A stretch of 64,000 bases of DNA from an uncultured bacterium. GTDB lineage: Bacteria; Verrucomicrobiota; Verrucomicrobiia; Limisphaerales; UBA8199. Below the pieces are notes generated by a model. The model ran no database searches, was not told where the DNA came from, and saw only the letters and a list, made by a program, of their open reading frames with translations. This document shows, piece by piece, positions 19,959 through 29,383 of this stretch (positions within the stretch are counted from its first letter, which is position 1; the number at the start of each line of letters is the position of its first letter). The translations under genes were made by a program, and so were the position numbers. The stretch is from NCBI GenBank assembly GCA_963749495.1, contig CAVVMW010000012.1:512001-576000 (forward strand), written 5' to 3'.

Positions 19959-22900
19959 GTGAACTACCCCAAACGCCTCATCGAGGTTGACCTGCCCATC
20001 AAGCGCATCTCCGCTCACGCGCGGCGCGAGAAGTCCATCCGCCACGGTCACATCTCCACGCTGCACATCTGGTGGGCGCGGCGGCCATTGGCGGCATGTC
20101 GGGCGGTCATCTGCGCCGCGCTCTGGCCTGACCCGGCTGACCCGCTTTGCCCGGGCGCTTTCGTCACTATCGCCCGCGCTGAAATGCAGAAATGGACCGC
20201 CCATGACCGCCAGGCCAGGCTCAGCGCTGAGAGTTGCGAGCGGTTTGAGAAGGCCCGGCAGAAACCCGCGGTTTTCAAAGACGCAGTCCAACTCCGCGGT
20301 GCCCTGCTCGATTTCATCGCCGACTTCGCCAATTGGGACAACTCCACCGTGGCGGAGTTCCTCGACACCAGCCGGGCGCTCACCCAAGCGGCGCACGAGG
20401 CGCTGGGCGGCGCGCCCGGCACCCGCCCGCTTGTCGTGGACCCCTTTTGCGGCGGCGGCTCCATCCCGCTCGAAGCCCTGCGCGTGGGCGCGGACGCCTT
20501 TGCCAGCGACCTCAACCCTGTGGCCGTCCTCCTCAACAAGGTCGTCCTCGAATGGATCCCCAGATACGGCCAGCGCCTCGCCGATGAAGTTCGCAAATGG
20601 GGCGAGTGGATTAAGAAGGAGGCGGAGAAGGAATTGGCCGAGTTCTATCCCAAGGACCCGGACGGTGCGACTCCCATCGCCTACCTCTGGGCGCGTACCA
20701 TTCAATGCGAAGGCCCCGGTTGCGGCGCGGAAGTCCCCCTGATCCGCTCCCTCTGGCTGGCTAAGAAGGCCAACCGCTCCGTGGCCCTGCAACTCGTGCC
20801 ACGGCCCAGGGCAAAACGCGTGGATTTTCAAATCATCGCCAAACAACGCGGCGGCTGGGTGCACCAGGATGACCCGAAAACCAAGATCGAAGACCCGAAG
20901 TTCGACGGTACAGTGAAGCGCGGCTCTGCCACCTGCCCGTGCTGCGGTTACACGACGCCGGTAGCACGAGTGCGGGCACAACTGAAAGAAAGACATGGAG
21001 GAGCAAATGACGCCCGCATGATGTGCGTCGCGGGCCTTAGTCCAAAATCAGAGGGTCGTGCGTATCGGCTTCCGTGCGCCGAAGATTTCACAGCCATAGA
21101 ACGAGCGAGGCATGAATTGCAGAAACGCATCAAGGCACACACTGGGCGCGTGAGCCTTGTGCCCGACAAACCTTTGGATGTCCGAGGCATACGCCACACA
21201 TGGGCGATGATTTACGGCTTCGAGACGCAGGGTGATTTCTATTCTACGCGCCAGATGCTTGCACTGACAACATTGTCGCGGCTAATCAATCAAGTCGGAG
21301 CCGCATTGAAGCGGGAACACGATGCTGGATTTGCTGCCGCAGTCCAGACGGGTCTCGCTTTTGCGGTTAGCAAAGAGTCCGACCTGACAAATTCGCTCTG
21401 TAGCTGGAAACCTGATGCAGAGTGTCCCGTCCACATGATGGCGCGTCAAGCCATCCCGATGCTTTGGGACTTCACGGAAGCCGTAGCCACGTCTGAGTCA
21501 AGCGGCTCCTGGTCCAGCATGGTCGCGAGAACTGCCTACGCCATGGCATCGGCAGTTATGCCTTCTGACCAAACTGGCCAAACGACGCAGTGTTCGGCAG
21601 CCAAGCACGTCTTGCCGGACGATTCTGCGCACGCCTTCATCACCGACCCGCCCTACTATGACGCTGTGCCATACGCTTACTTGTCTGATTTCTTCTACGT
21701 TTGGCTGCGCAGGAATCTCGCCGGAGTGCATCCTGACCTATTCAAATTAGCAGTCGTCCCGAAGGATGAGGAAATCGTCGTTGATCGCATGCATGAGTTG
21801 AGTAACTCGACGCATGACATCGCGTTCTACGAGCGCGAGCTGACCAAAGCATTTGCCGAAGGCCGTCGCGTTCTTCGTGCCGATGGCGTGGGCACCGTCG
21901 TTTTCGCGAGTAAAACGACGGCGAGTTGGGAAGCGATTTTGAAAGCTGTCGTCGACGCCGGTTGGATTATCACTGGGTCTTGGCCCATCGAAACGGAGAT
22001 GGAAACGCGAGTATCGGCGCAAGGCCAGGCACGTCTCGCCTCCTCCGTCCATCTCGTCTGCCGGCCGCGCGAGAGCCCGCACGGCTCCGTTCCAACGCAC
22101 GAAGTTGGCGATTGGCGCGACGTGCTGGCCGAGTTGCCTCGCCGCATCCATGAATGGATGCCGCGCCTCGCCGAGGAAGGCGTCGTCGGCGCGGACGCCA
22201 TCTTCGCCTGTCTCGGCCCAGCCCTCGAGGTTTTCTCCCGTTACTCTCGCGTCGAAAAAGCCAGCGGCGAGCCCGTCACCCTAAAGGAATACCTTGAGCA
22301 GGTTTGGGCCGCCGTCGCCAAGGAAGCCCTCACCATGATTTTCACCGGCGCCGACGCCACCGGCTTCGAGGAAGATGCCCGTCTCACCGCCATGTGGCTT
22401 TGGACCCTCAAAACCGCCGATGCCAGCGGGACCGCAGGCGAGGCCACCGAGGACGATTCCGCCGACGACGACCTGCCTGCCGGCCAGGCAGGGGAAGCCG
22501 CCGGCGGAAAAGGCCGCGCTGGCGGATTTATGTTGGAGTATGATGCCGCCCGCAAGATCGCCCAGGGCCTCGGCGCGCACCTGGAGGAGCTCGGCAGCCT
22601 GGTCGAAGTGGCCGGCGAGACAGCCCGCCTGCTGCCTGTGGCGGAGCGAGCGCGGCCGCTCTTCGGCAAGGATGAAGGCAAGGCAACGCCCATCCGCAAA
22701 AGGCGCGTCCCCCAGATGGAACTGTTCAAAGCAGCACGAGAAGGCGACGACGGCAAACCGGCCTTCGGCGAGCCCAAAGTTGAACACATAGGGGCAACAA
22801 CCCTCGATCGCCTCCACCAAAGCATGATTTTGTTCGCCGCCGGCCGCAGCGAAGCCTTGAAGCGCTTTCTCGTCGAAGACGGCGCCGGCAACAACACCCG

Positions 22901-23006
22901 TTTCTGGACCCTCGCCCAGGCGCTGTCTGCCCTTTACCCCTGCGGCACGGATGAGAAACGATGGGTAGATGGGGTGCTTGCGAAAAAGAAAGGACTGGGG
23001 TCTTGA
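19959..23006 (+). CDS. DUF1156-domain DNA methyltransferase (amino-methylase, probably adenine-specific) with Zn ribbon
   Basis: RLIEVDLP, LHIWWARRPLA, DPFCGGGSIPLE (motif I), TDPPYY (motif IV), and cysteine pairs. Confidence 0.92.
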   Translation: MNYPKRLIEVDLPIKRISAHARREKSIRHGHISTLHIWWARRPLAACRAVICAALWPDPADPLCPGAFVTIARAEMQKWTAHDRQARLSAESCERFEKARQKPAVFKDAVQLRGALLDFIADFANWDNSTVAEFLDTSRALTQAAHEALGGAPGTRPLVVDPFCGGGSIPLEALRVGADAFASDLNPVAVLLNKVVLEWIPRYGQRLADEVRKWGEWIKKEAEKELAEFYPKDPDGATPIAYLWARTIQCEGPGCGAEVPLIRSLWLAKKANRSVALQLVPRPRAKRVDFQIIAKQRGGWVHQDDPKTKIEDPKFDGTVKRGSATCPCCGYTTPVARVRAQLKERHGGANDARMMCVAGLSPKSEGRAYRLPCAEDFTAIERARHELQKRIKAHTGRVSLVPDKPLDVRGIRHTWAMIYGFETQGDFYSTRQMLALTTLSRLINQVGAALKREHDAGFAAAVQTGLAFAVSKESDLTNSLCSWKPDAECPVHMMARQAIPMLWDFTEAVATSESSGSWSSMVARTAYAMASAVMPSDQTGQTTQCSAAKHVLPDDSAHAFITDPPYYDAVPYAYLSDFFYVWLRRNLAGVHPDLFKLAVVPKDEEIVVDRMHELSNSTHDIAFYERELTKAFAEGRRVLRADGVGTVVFASKTTASWEAILKAVVDAGWIITGSWPIETEMETRVSAQGQARLASSVHLVCRPRESPHGSVPTHEVGDWRDVLAELPRRIHEWMPRLAEEGVVGADAIFACLGPALEVFSRYSRVEKASGEPVTLKEYLEQVWAAVAKEALTMIFTGADATGFEEDARLTAMWLWTLKTADASGTAGEATEDDSADDDLPAGQAGEAAGGKGRAGGFMLEYDAARKIAQGLGAHLEELGSLVEVAGETARLLPVAERARPLFGKDEGKATPIRKRRVPQMELFKAAREGDDGKPAFGEPKVEHIGATTLDRLHQSMILFAAGRSEALKRFLVEDGAGNNTRFWTLAQALSALYPCGTDEKRWVDGVLAKKKGLGS

Positions 23007-23046
23007 TCCGTCTTTATCGTCACACTACGTAACCGTGAGAAACAGT

Positions 23047-23862
23047 ATGACACGCAAGAGCAAACAGTCTGATAACGAATCTGCCGGTCCGCCTCCTGGA
23101 TTCGTGCTCGGCGAGGACCTGACGATCGAAGAAATGGACTACAACCGTATCGCGGTGTCGCCAGAAGGGCAGGCGACTTTTTATCTCGGATACCTTGGTC
23201 CCCGATCAGAGCAGCCATCTCTCCACCCTCTCTCCATCGCCGCGAGGCAGAAGGACGTTCGGCGTTCTCATCGCTTTGTCCATCTGCTGCATGGAGGTCT
23301 ATTCATGTCCAGCTTCCTTTGGAACACGCATTATTACAAGATCCTGCCGGATCGTCGGTTGCGCTTGCCGAGCGGCGCTAACGCAACTTACGGCGTGTTT
23401 CATCAAGAATCCTGGAAGTTGGATGAGGGGCTTACACGGCAACTTTTCGGCGCGACGCAGGCGGAACTCGATGAGTTTCTCACGGCCTTTGTTGGGGCAG
23501 TCAGAGTTCCAGTGGTGCAGGACGCTTTTGAGAAAACGTGCTGCACGACATTTTCGAAGACTCGCGATAACTCATGCGACTTGACGAACCAGTTCATCCC
23601 CAAAGGGTTTCCGTATATTCGGTTCGGCGATACAAATGTTTTCGGAGGCCATATCTCCCTTTACGGTCTTTATCAGCAATTGGCTTTGCTGTGCCATTAT
23701 GTGCGGGTCGGGGATGAAATCGTGGGGGAAGGCTTTTTCCAGCTTCTGGTTGATCATGGGGGAAAGCCAGAAGCAATAGTACGGCTCGCTAAAGCAGGTG
23801 TTAGCGGGCCGAGCCCACCGCTGCTTGATCTTGTCCAACTCCACCGATTTACCTGGGAATAA
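23047..23862 (+). CDS. Hypothetical protein with lower GC, inserted in the defence operon
   Basis: Long ORF between the methylase and the ATPase, visibly more AT-rich; no motif recognised. Confidence 0.6.
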   Translation: MTRKSKQSDNESAGPPPGFVLGEDLTIEEMDYNRIAVSPEGQATFYLGYLGPRSEQPSLHPLSIAARQKDVRRSHRFVHLLHGGLFMSSFLWNTHYYKILPDRRLRLPSGANATYGVFHQESWKLDEGLTRQLFGATQAELDEFLTAFVGAVRVPVVQDAFEKTCCTTFSKTRDNSCDLTNQFIPKGFPYIRFGDTNVFGGHISLYGLYQQLALLCHYVRVGDEIVGEGFFQLLVDHGGKPEAIVRLAKAGVSGPSPPLLDLVQLHRFTWE

Positions 23863-24008
23863 GCGGGAGAAGCAATGTAATGAAAGAGCCGATCCGATCC
23901 AGAAGCCGCAACTGTGTTGGTGGGGATGTGATGGGCCGCGTTCCTGTCAGGTTTGTTTTGCAGCCTGCGTGGACCATTGAAAAGCAGCTTGTGTGGAGAA
24001 TGTGAATT

Positions 24009-27000
24009 ATGTCGCTGAAGCCCTGGTATAAAGTCGTCACGCCTCGCGAGGACCTCCGCGAAGGCAAACCGCTCGACGCCGCCGAATTTGCCGTCCACCT
24101 GGACAACGTCCGCAACAACTGCGCGCCGCCGGACTACCAGAAGCCCAACCGCTTCTTCGCCCGCACGTACATAACGAAAAACCTCTCGGCGCTGGCCACC
24201 GAGGTTGTCCGCCGTCTTTCCGGCCAGCGGACCGAGACCAGCGCGGTTTTCAACCTGGCCACCCAGTTCGGCGGGGGCAAAACCCACGCCCTGACCCTCC
24301 TGTTCCACCTCGCCAGGAACGGCTCCGCTTCGCACCGCTGGGCCGGGGTGCCACAGATCCTCGCCGCTGGCGGGGTCAAGGAAATCCCTAAGGCTTCCAC
24401 CGCCGTGTTCGTAGGCAACGAGTTCAACTCCGTCAAAGGCCGCGGTGGCGATGACGGCACGCCCCTGCGCAAGACTCCTTGGGCCGACATCGCCTGGCAA
24501 CTCGGCGGGGCCAAGGCCTTCGCCCTCGTTGCCGAGCATGACAAAACCAAGACCGCCCCCGGCGGCGAGCTCATCCGCCAGGTGTTGCAGGCTTCCAGCC
24601 TGCGCCGCCCAGGAGGCAGTGCGGAAGGAGGCAGGCAAGATGCCTGCCCGACCCTCATCCTCCTGGACGAACTGATGAACTACGTCAGCCGAAACCGCAA
24701 GAACGGCCTCGGCACCCAACTCTACAACTTCCTCCAAAACCTTTCCGAAGTCGCCCGCGGCCTCGACCATGTCGCGCTGGCGGTGTCCATCCCCGCCTCC
24801 GAGTTCGAAATGACGGCCGAAGACCAGTCCGACTACGAGCGCTTCAAGAAGATGCTTGACCGCCTCGGAAAGGCCATGGTCATGTCCGCCGAAGCCGAGG
24901 CCTCCGAGATCATCCGTCGCCGACTGTTCGAGTGGGACGAGCGCGCCATTACCGCCGAAGGCAAGGTCATGCTGCCCAAGGATGCCCTCGAAACGTGCAA
25001 CGAATACGGCGACTGGGTCGTCGAACACCGCCAGCAGTTGCCCCACTGGTTCCCGCTCGACGCCGCCCGCGAGCAATTCGCCGCTACCTATCCATTCCAC
25101 CCTACCGCCATTTCCGTCTTTGAACGCAAATGGCAGGAGCTCCCCCGTTTCCAGCAAACCCGTGGCATCCTCCGCATGTTGGCCCTCTGGGTGGCCCAGG
25201 CCTACCAGCAGGGCTTCAAAGGCGGCCACAAAGACCCGCTCATCGGCCTGGGTACCGCCCCCCTCGAAGATTCCATGTTCCGCTCGGCCGTTTTTGAGCA
25301 GTTGGGCGAAACCAAGCTCGAAGGCGCTGTCACGACTGACATCTGCGGCAAAAAGGGCTCCCACGCCACCCGGCTCGACGCCGAAGCCCAGGACACCATC
25401 AAAAACGCCCGCCTCCACCGCAAAGTGGCGACCGCCATCCTCTTCGAGTCCAACGGCGGCCAGGCAAAAGGTGAAGCCACCCAGCCCGAAATCCGTCTCG
25501 CCGTCGCCGAACCGGGCCTCGACATCGGCAATGTCGAGACCGCTCTGGAGGCGTTGGCCGAGGCGTCCTACTACCTTACGGTCGAGCGCAACCGCTACCG
25601 GTTCAGCCTCAAGGAAAACCTCAACAAACGTTTCGCTGACCGCCGTGCCACCATCCAGCCTGAAGCCGCTCAAGAGCGCATCCGCGAAGAAATCCAGAAA
25701 GTCTTCGCCGCCGCCAGCGGCGTCGAGCGTGTCTTTTTCCCGGAAAAGACCAACCAGGTCCCCGACCGCCCCGCCGTCACCCTGGTTGTCCTTGCGCCCG
25801 ACATGTCCCTCCAGGACGAAAAGGGTACAACCAAGTTCATCGAATCCGTCACCCGCGAGTCCGGCTCCTCTTCGCGCACATTCAAGAGCGCACTCATCTT
25901 CTGCGTTCCCGAGTCAGCCGACCCCCTGTGTGACGAGGCCCGCAAGGTCCTCGCCTGGGAGGACATCGACGACGAGGCCGACAATCTCAAGTTCGATGAT
26001 ACGCAAATCCGCCAACTCGACGAGAACCTCAAGAAAGCCAAGCGCGACCTGAAGGAAACCATCTGGCGCACCTACAAGGTCATCATGCTGCTTGGCAAGG
26101 ACAACACCCTTAAGAAAGTGGACCTCGGCCTTGTCCACTCCAGCGCCGCCCCCGACCTGGTCACCCTGATCCTTAATCACCTGCGCCAGACCGACGACCT
26201 CGTAGGCGGCGTCAGCCCCAGCTTCCTCACCAAGCACTGGCCCCCGGCCTTCACCGAGTGGGCCACCAAGTCTGTCCGCGACGCCTTCTTCGCTTCGCCG
26301 CAATTCCCCCGCATCCTCAGCGCCGACGCCATCCGCGACACAGTAACCCGCGGCGTCGCCAACGGCCTCCTGGCCTACGTCGGCAAAGGTGGTGCAGGCT
26401 TCCAGCCTGCGACGGCTTCCCATAGCGCAGGCAAGATGCCTGCGCCACCCCACTACAAGCCCTTCTGTTTCAACCAGGCCCTGATGACAGCGGACATCGA
26501 GCTCTCGGACGAGATGTTCCTCATCACTAAGGAAACCGCCGAAGCATACCTTAAGAACAAGGAGTTTCCGAAAGAGCCGCTTGACCGGATTGTGGTTTCG
26601 CCCCAGAGCACATCCCTCCTGCCTGGGCAGGCTCAGGAATTCACCGCCGCAGGGTTCAGCAAGAATGGGGCCGCGGTTGCCCTGGAGGGGATTTCGTGGG
26701 GAGCAACCGGCGGCACGATCGATAAGTCCGGCCACTTCTCCGCCGGAACAGCAGAGGGAAGCTTTTCCGTAACCGCTGCCGCCGGCGGTTTCAAGGGCTC
26801 CGCCACACTGCAAATCACCAGAATACCCCCCCCGCCGCCCCCGCCTCCACCCCGGCCGCCGGAACATCCTAAAGGAATCACCTGGCAGGGAGAAATCCCC
26901 CCGCAGAAATGGATGAAGTTCTACACCGCGGTCCTGTCCAAATTCGCCGCCGGCAAAGGATTGAAGTTGAAACTCAGCGTCGAGGTCGCCCCGGAAGGCG

Positions 27001-27080
27001 GCATCTCCAAGCAGAAGATCGATGAAACCAAGGCCGCTCTCCGCGAATTGGGCATGAATGACGATCTACCCCTCATCTGA
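24009..27080 (+). CDS. DUF499-family AAA+ ATPase with an Ig-like domain near the C-terminus
   Basis: KPWYKVVTPREDL, EFAVHL, TQFGGGKTH (Walker A), LILLDE (Walker B), YPFHP, FQQTRGILR. Confidence 0.92.
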   Translation: MSLKPWYKVVTPREDLREGKPLDAAEFAVHLDNVRNNCAPPDYQKPNRFFARTYITKNLSALATEVVRRLSGQRTETSAVFNLATQFGGGKTHALTLLFHLARNGSASHRWAGVPQILAAGGVKEIPKASTAVFVGNEFNSVKGRGGDDGTPLRKTPWADIAWQLGGAKAFALVAEHDKTKTAPGGELIRQVLQASSLRRPGGSAEGGRQDACPTLILLDELMNYVSRNRKNGLGTQLYNFLQNLSEVARGLDHVALAVSIPASEFEMTAEDQSDYERFKKMLDRLGKAMVMSAEAEASEIIRRRLFEWDERAITAEGKVMLPKDALETCNEYGDWVVEHRQQLPHWFPLDAAREQFAATYPFHPTAISVFERKWQELPRFQQTRGILRMLALWVAQAYQQGFKGGHKDPLIGLGTAPLEDSMFRSAVFEQLGETKLEGAVTTDICGKKGSHATRLDAEAQDTIKNARLHRKVATAILFESNGGQAKGEATQPEIRLAVAEPGLDIGNVETALEALAEASYYLTVERNRYRFSLKENLNKRFADRRATIQPEAAQERIREEIQKVFAAASGVERVFFPEKTNQVPDRPAVTLVVLAPDMSLQDEKGTTKFIESVTRESGSSSRTFKSALIFCVPESADPLCDEARKVLAWEDIDDEADNLKFDDTQIRQLDENLKKAKRDLKETIWRTYKVIMLLGKDNTLKKVDLGLVHSSAAPDLVTLILNHLRQTDDLVGGVSPSFLTKHWPPAFTEWATKSVRDAFFASPQFPRILSADAIRDTVTRGVANGLLAYVGKGGAGFQPATASHSAGKMPAPPHYKPFCFNQALMTADIELSDEMFLITKETAEAYLKNKEFPKEPLDRIVVSPQSTSLLPGQAQEFTAAGFSKNGAAVALEGISWGATGGTIDKSGHFSAGTAEGSFSVTAAAGGFKGSATLQITRIPPPPPPPPPRPPEHPKGITWQGEIPPQKWMKFYTAVLSKFAAGKGLKLKLSVEVAPEGGISKQKIDETKAALRELGMNDDLPLI
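24582..24652. repeat. REP doublet in frame in the DUF499 gene
   Basis: GTGTTGCAGGCTTCCAGCCTGC ... GCAGGCAAGATGCCTGCCCGAC; same family as the RAYT-flanking REPs. Confidence 0.8.
26389..26448. repeat. Second REP doublet in frame in the DUF499 gene
   Basis: GTGGTGCAGGCTTCCAGCCTGC ... GCAGGCAAGATGCCTGCGCCAC; 60 bp. Confidence 0.85.
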
Positions 27081-27610
27081 ACATGAGAGTGCCCCACAGG
27101 CGGGCGTGGGCGCCAACGACTTGAGGCGGATCGAGGCGCGGGGCTCGTCCATCAAGGAAGTCCGCTGCCCCTTCCAGGCCAGAACGGGTTGGATTGGGAT
27201 TTTGATTTTCGGGCGGGATGAGGGCATGCTGTGGCGATGATCCAGGTAACGTTTTATCTCGAAGTGGTTTCCTCGTGGTCCATGCTCTTCAAGTCAATCA
27301 GCGCCCCACGTTCCTCATCGAAAACTCGATCGGCGACCGCTCGGTTTTCTCCGGCATCGTGCGGGTCGAACCACTCGCCGCCGCTGTCGAGGCCCTGCTC
27401 GCGGACGAGACCGCCTACGTCTCCTGGAAAGCCCATTTCGGCGACCCGCCGAAGGCCTAGTGGGCCGTTTCATGACGTGGAATACACATGGTGGCAAGAA
27501 CTGCTCAAGAGGAGCCTCCTGAGTAGCCGAAAGCGGCACAAACGCGGTGTCCCGCTCAGGTTTTCGGCTTGCTTTGGGCCTCGGAGGTTGGATTATCGGG
27601 TGCCAACACA

Positions 27611-28524
27611 ATGAAACACAAATCACGATTCACCCCGGCCCGATTTCTATCCCTCGTGCCAGGCGTGCTGCGCCGCTTGGCCGCGCTCGCCACAGTGTTG
27701 TTGATTGCCCCTATGTACGCCTCGCCCCACAACCCGGACACCGACTGGTTCCACGACGCGGGCTGGGGCGTGTTTGTCCATTACCTCTGGGATGTGCAGA
27801 ACGTCGGCGGGCGCGAGAACACTCAGGGCAGGCCGCCGACAACCTGGGATGCGCTTGTCCGCGAGTTCGACACCGAGAAGTTCGCGGAGCAGGTCAAAGA
27901 GACCGGCGCGCCCTACGTGTTCTTCACGATGATGCAGCGCACGCGTTACCTCATCGCGCCCAACGCCACCTATGACAAGCTCACGGGCTACACACCGGGG
28001 GAGGCCTGCGCGACGCGCAACCTGGTGGCCGACCTTTACCACTCGCTCGATGAGCGCGGCATCAAGCTCATGCTCTACTGGACGGGCGACGGTCCGCGCG
28101 AGGACGCTCAGGCAGCCAAGGGCATGGGCGGTTGGAACGGCCAGGTCAGCGACCAATACGTGCGGAACTGGGCGGATGTGGCCGCCGAATACAGCCGGCG
28201 CTACGGCGGCAGGATCAAGGGCTGGTGGGTGGACGGTTGCTACGCCCACATCGGTTACAACGAGCCGCGGTGGCGCATGCTCGCCCAGGCCATCAAGGCC
28301 GGCAACCCGCACGCCATCGTCGCGCTCAACAATCCCGCCATGGCCTACGCCAACTCCTCGACCGATTGCGACGACTTCACCACCGGCGAGGTCAACGAGT
28401 TCACCGACATCCCCGACGAGCGCTGGCGCGACGGCAAGCAGTTTCACGTCCTGTCCTACCTCGGCAGGGACTGGGCCGGCCGGGGTGCCGCTACGAACTC
28501 GCATTCCTGGCCGACTATGTTTAA
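27611..28524 (+). pseudogene. Alpha-L-fucosidase (GH29-like), frameshifted and truncated at the 3' end
   Basis: Signal peptide, WGVFVHY and GWWVDG. Apparent frameshift near 28475 into RPGCRYELAFLADYV-stop. Confidence 0.65.
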
Positions 28525-28735
28525 TGGGAGCAGACCATCGCCCCAGTGTCTGCGCGCTATCTCCGCGTCCGCGCGCTCAAGCCCGACGGCGACCACCAGA
28601 AAGGCGGCCAGATGAGCGTGGCGGAACTGGAGGTTTACGCAACCGAAACGACCCGGTGACAGCGGCCCTGATCACCGTGCTCAAGCTCGACGAGATGGTG
28701 GCTCAGGCGGCTCACCCTCGGTAAGGCGGACCCGT

Positions 28736-29278
28736 GTGTATTACGGCTCGAGCATTACCCAGGGCGGGTGCGCGTCCAACCCGGGCGGCTCCTGCCAGGC
28801 GATTCTCGAGCGAAAGCTCAACGCGGATTTTGTGAACCTGGGTTTCAGCGGGAACGGGTTGGGCGAACCGGCATTGGCCGAGGCGATTTGCGAGTTGGAC
28901 CCGTCCTGCGTCGTGCTCGATTTTTGGGGCAACCCATCGGCGGCCCAATACGCTGCCGCGCTCCCGGTCTTCGTGGACATCCTGCGCCAGAAAGGGCCTC
29001 GGCTGCCCATCCTGGTCACCGGCCCGTTCTACTTCCCGGCAGAGGCGAGCGGAGGCGATGTGGCCCGCGAGCAGTCGGCCAAACGCCGCGCGGCCCAGGA
29101 GTTCGTTGAGAAGCGGCGCAAAGGCGGGGATCGCAGGATCTGGTATGTGGATGGGCTCAAGATGCTCAGCCGGGACCAGGCCGCCGGCCTGGTTGATGGA
29201 GTACACTGCAACTCCCTCGGCTTCTACTTCAATGCTCTCGGGTTGGAGCCGTACCTCCGGAAGGCCCTCATTTGGTGA
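28736..29278 (+). pseudogene. SGNH/GDSL hydrolase, N-terminally truncated
   Basis: YGSSITQG, NLGFSGNG and DGVH; starts directly at block I with no N-terminal region. Confidence 0.65.
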
Positions 29279-29383
29279 TCGGCGACGCGGCGTGGTCCCT
29301 GGTCGCGCAGTTGCGCGAGGAGAACATCGCCCGCTATTTGGATGATCGCCAGAGGCGGGGATTCAACTCTATCATTGTCAACC

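Noticed and set aside
26826..26860. C-run as a phase-variation tract
   Set aside because: It is explained by poly-proline codons and the frame is intact.
13250..26867. Long antisense ORFs (13250..15100, 16334..17749, 23754..25673 and others)
   Set aside because: They are shadows of GC-rich sense genes and carry no motifs.
12915..27230. Defence locus as an integrative element or prophage
   Set aside because: No integrase, tRNA or att-like direct repeats were found by eye.
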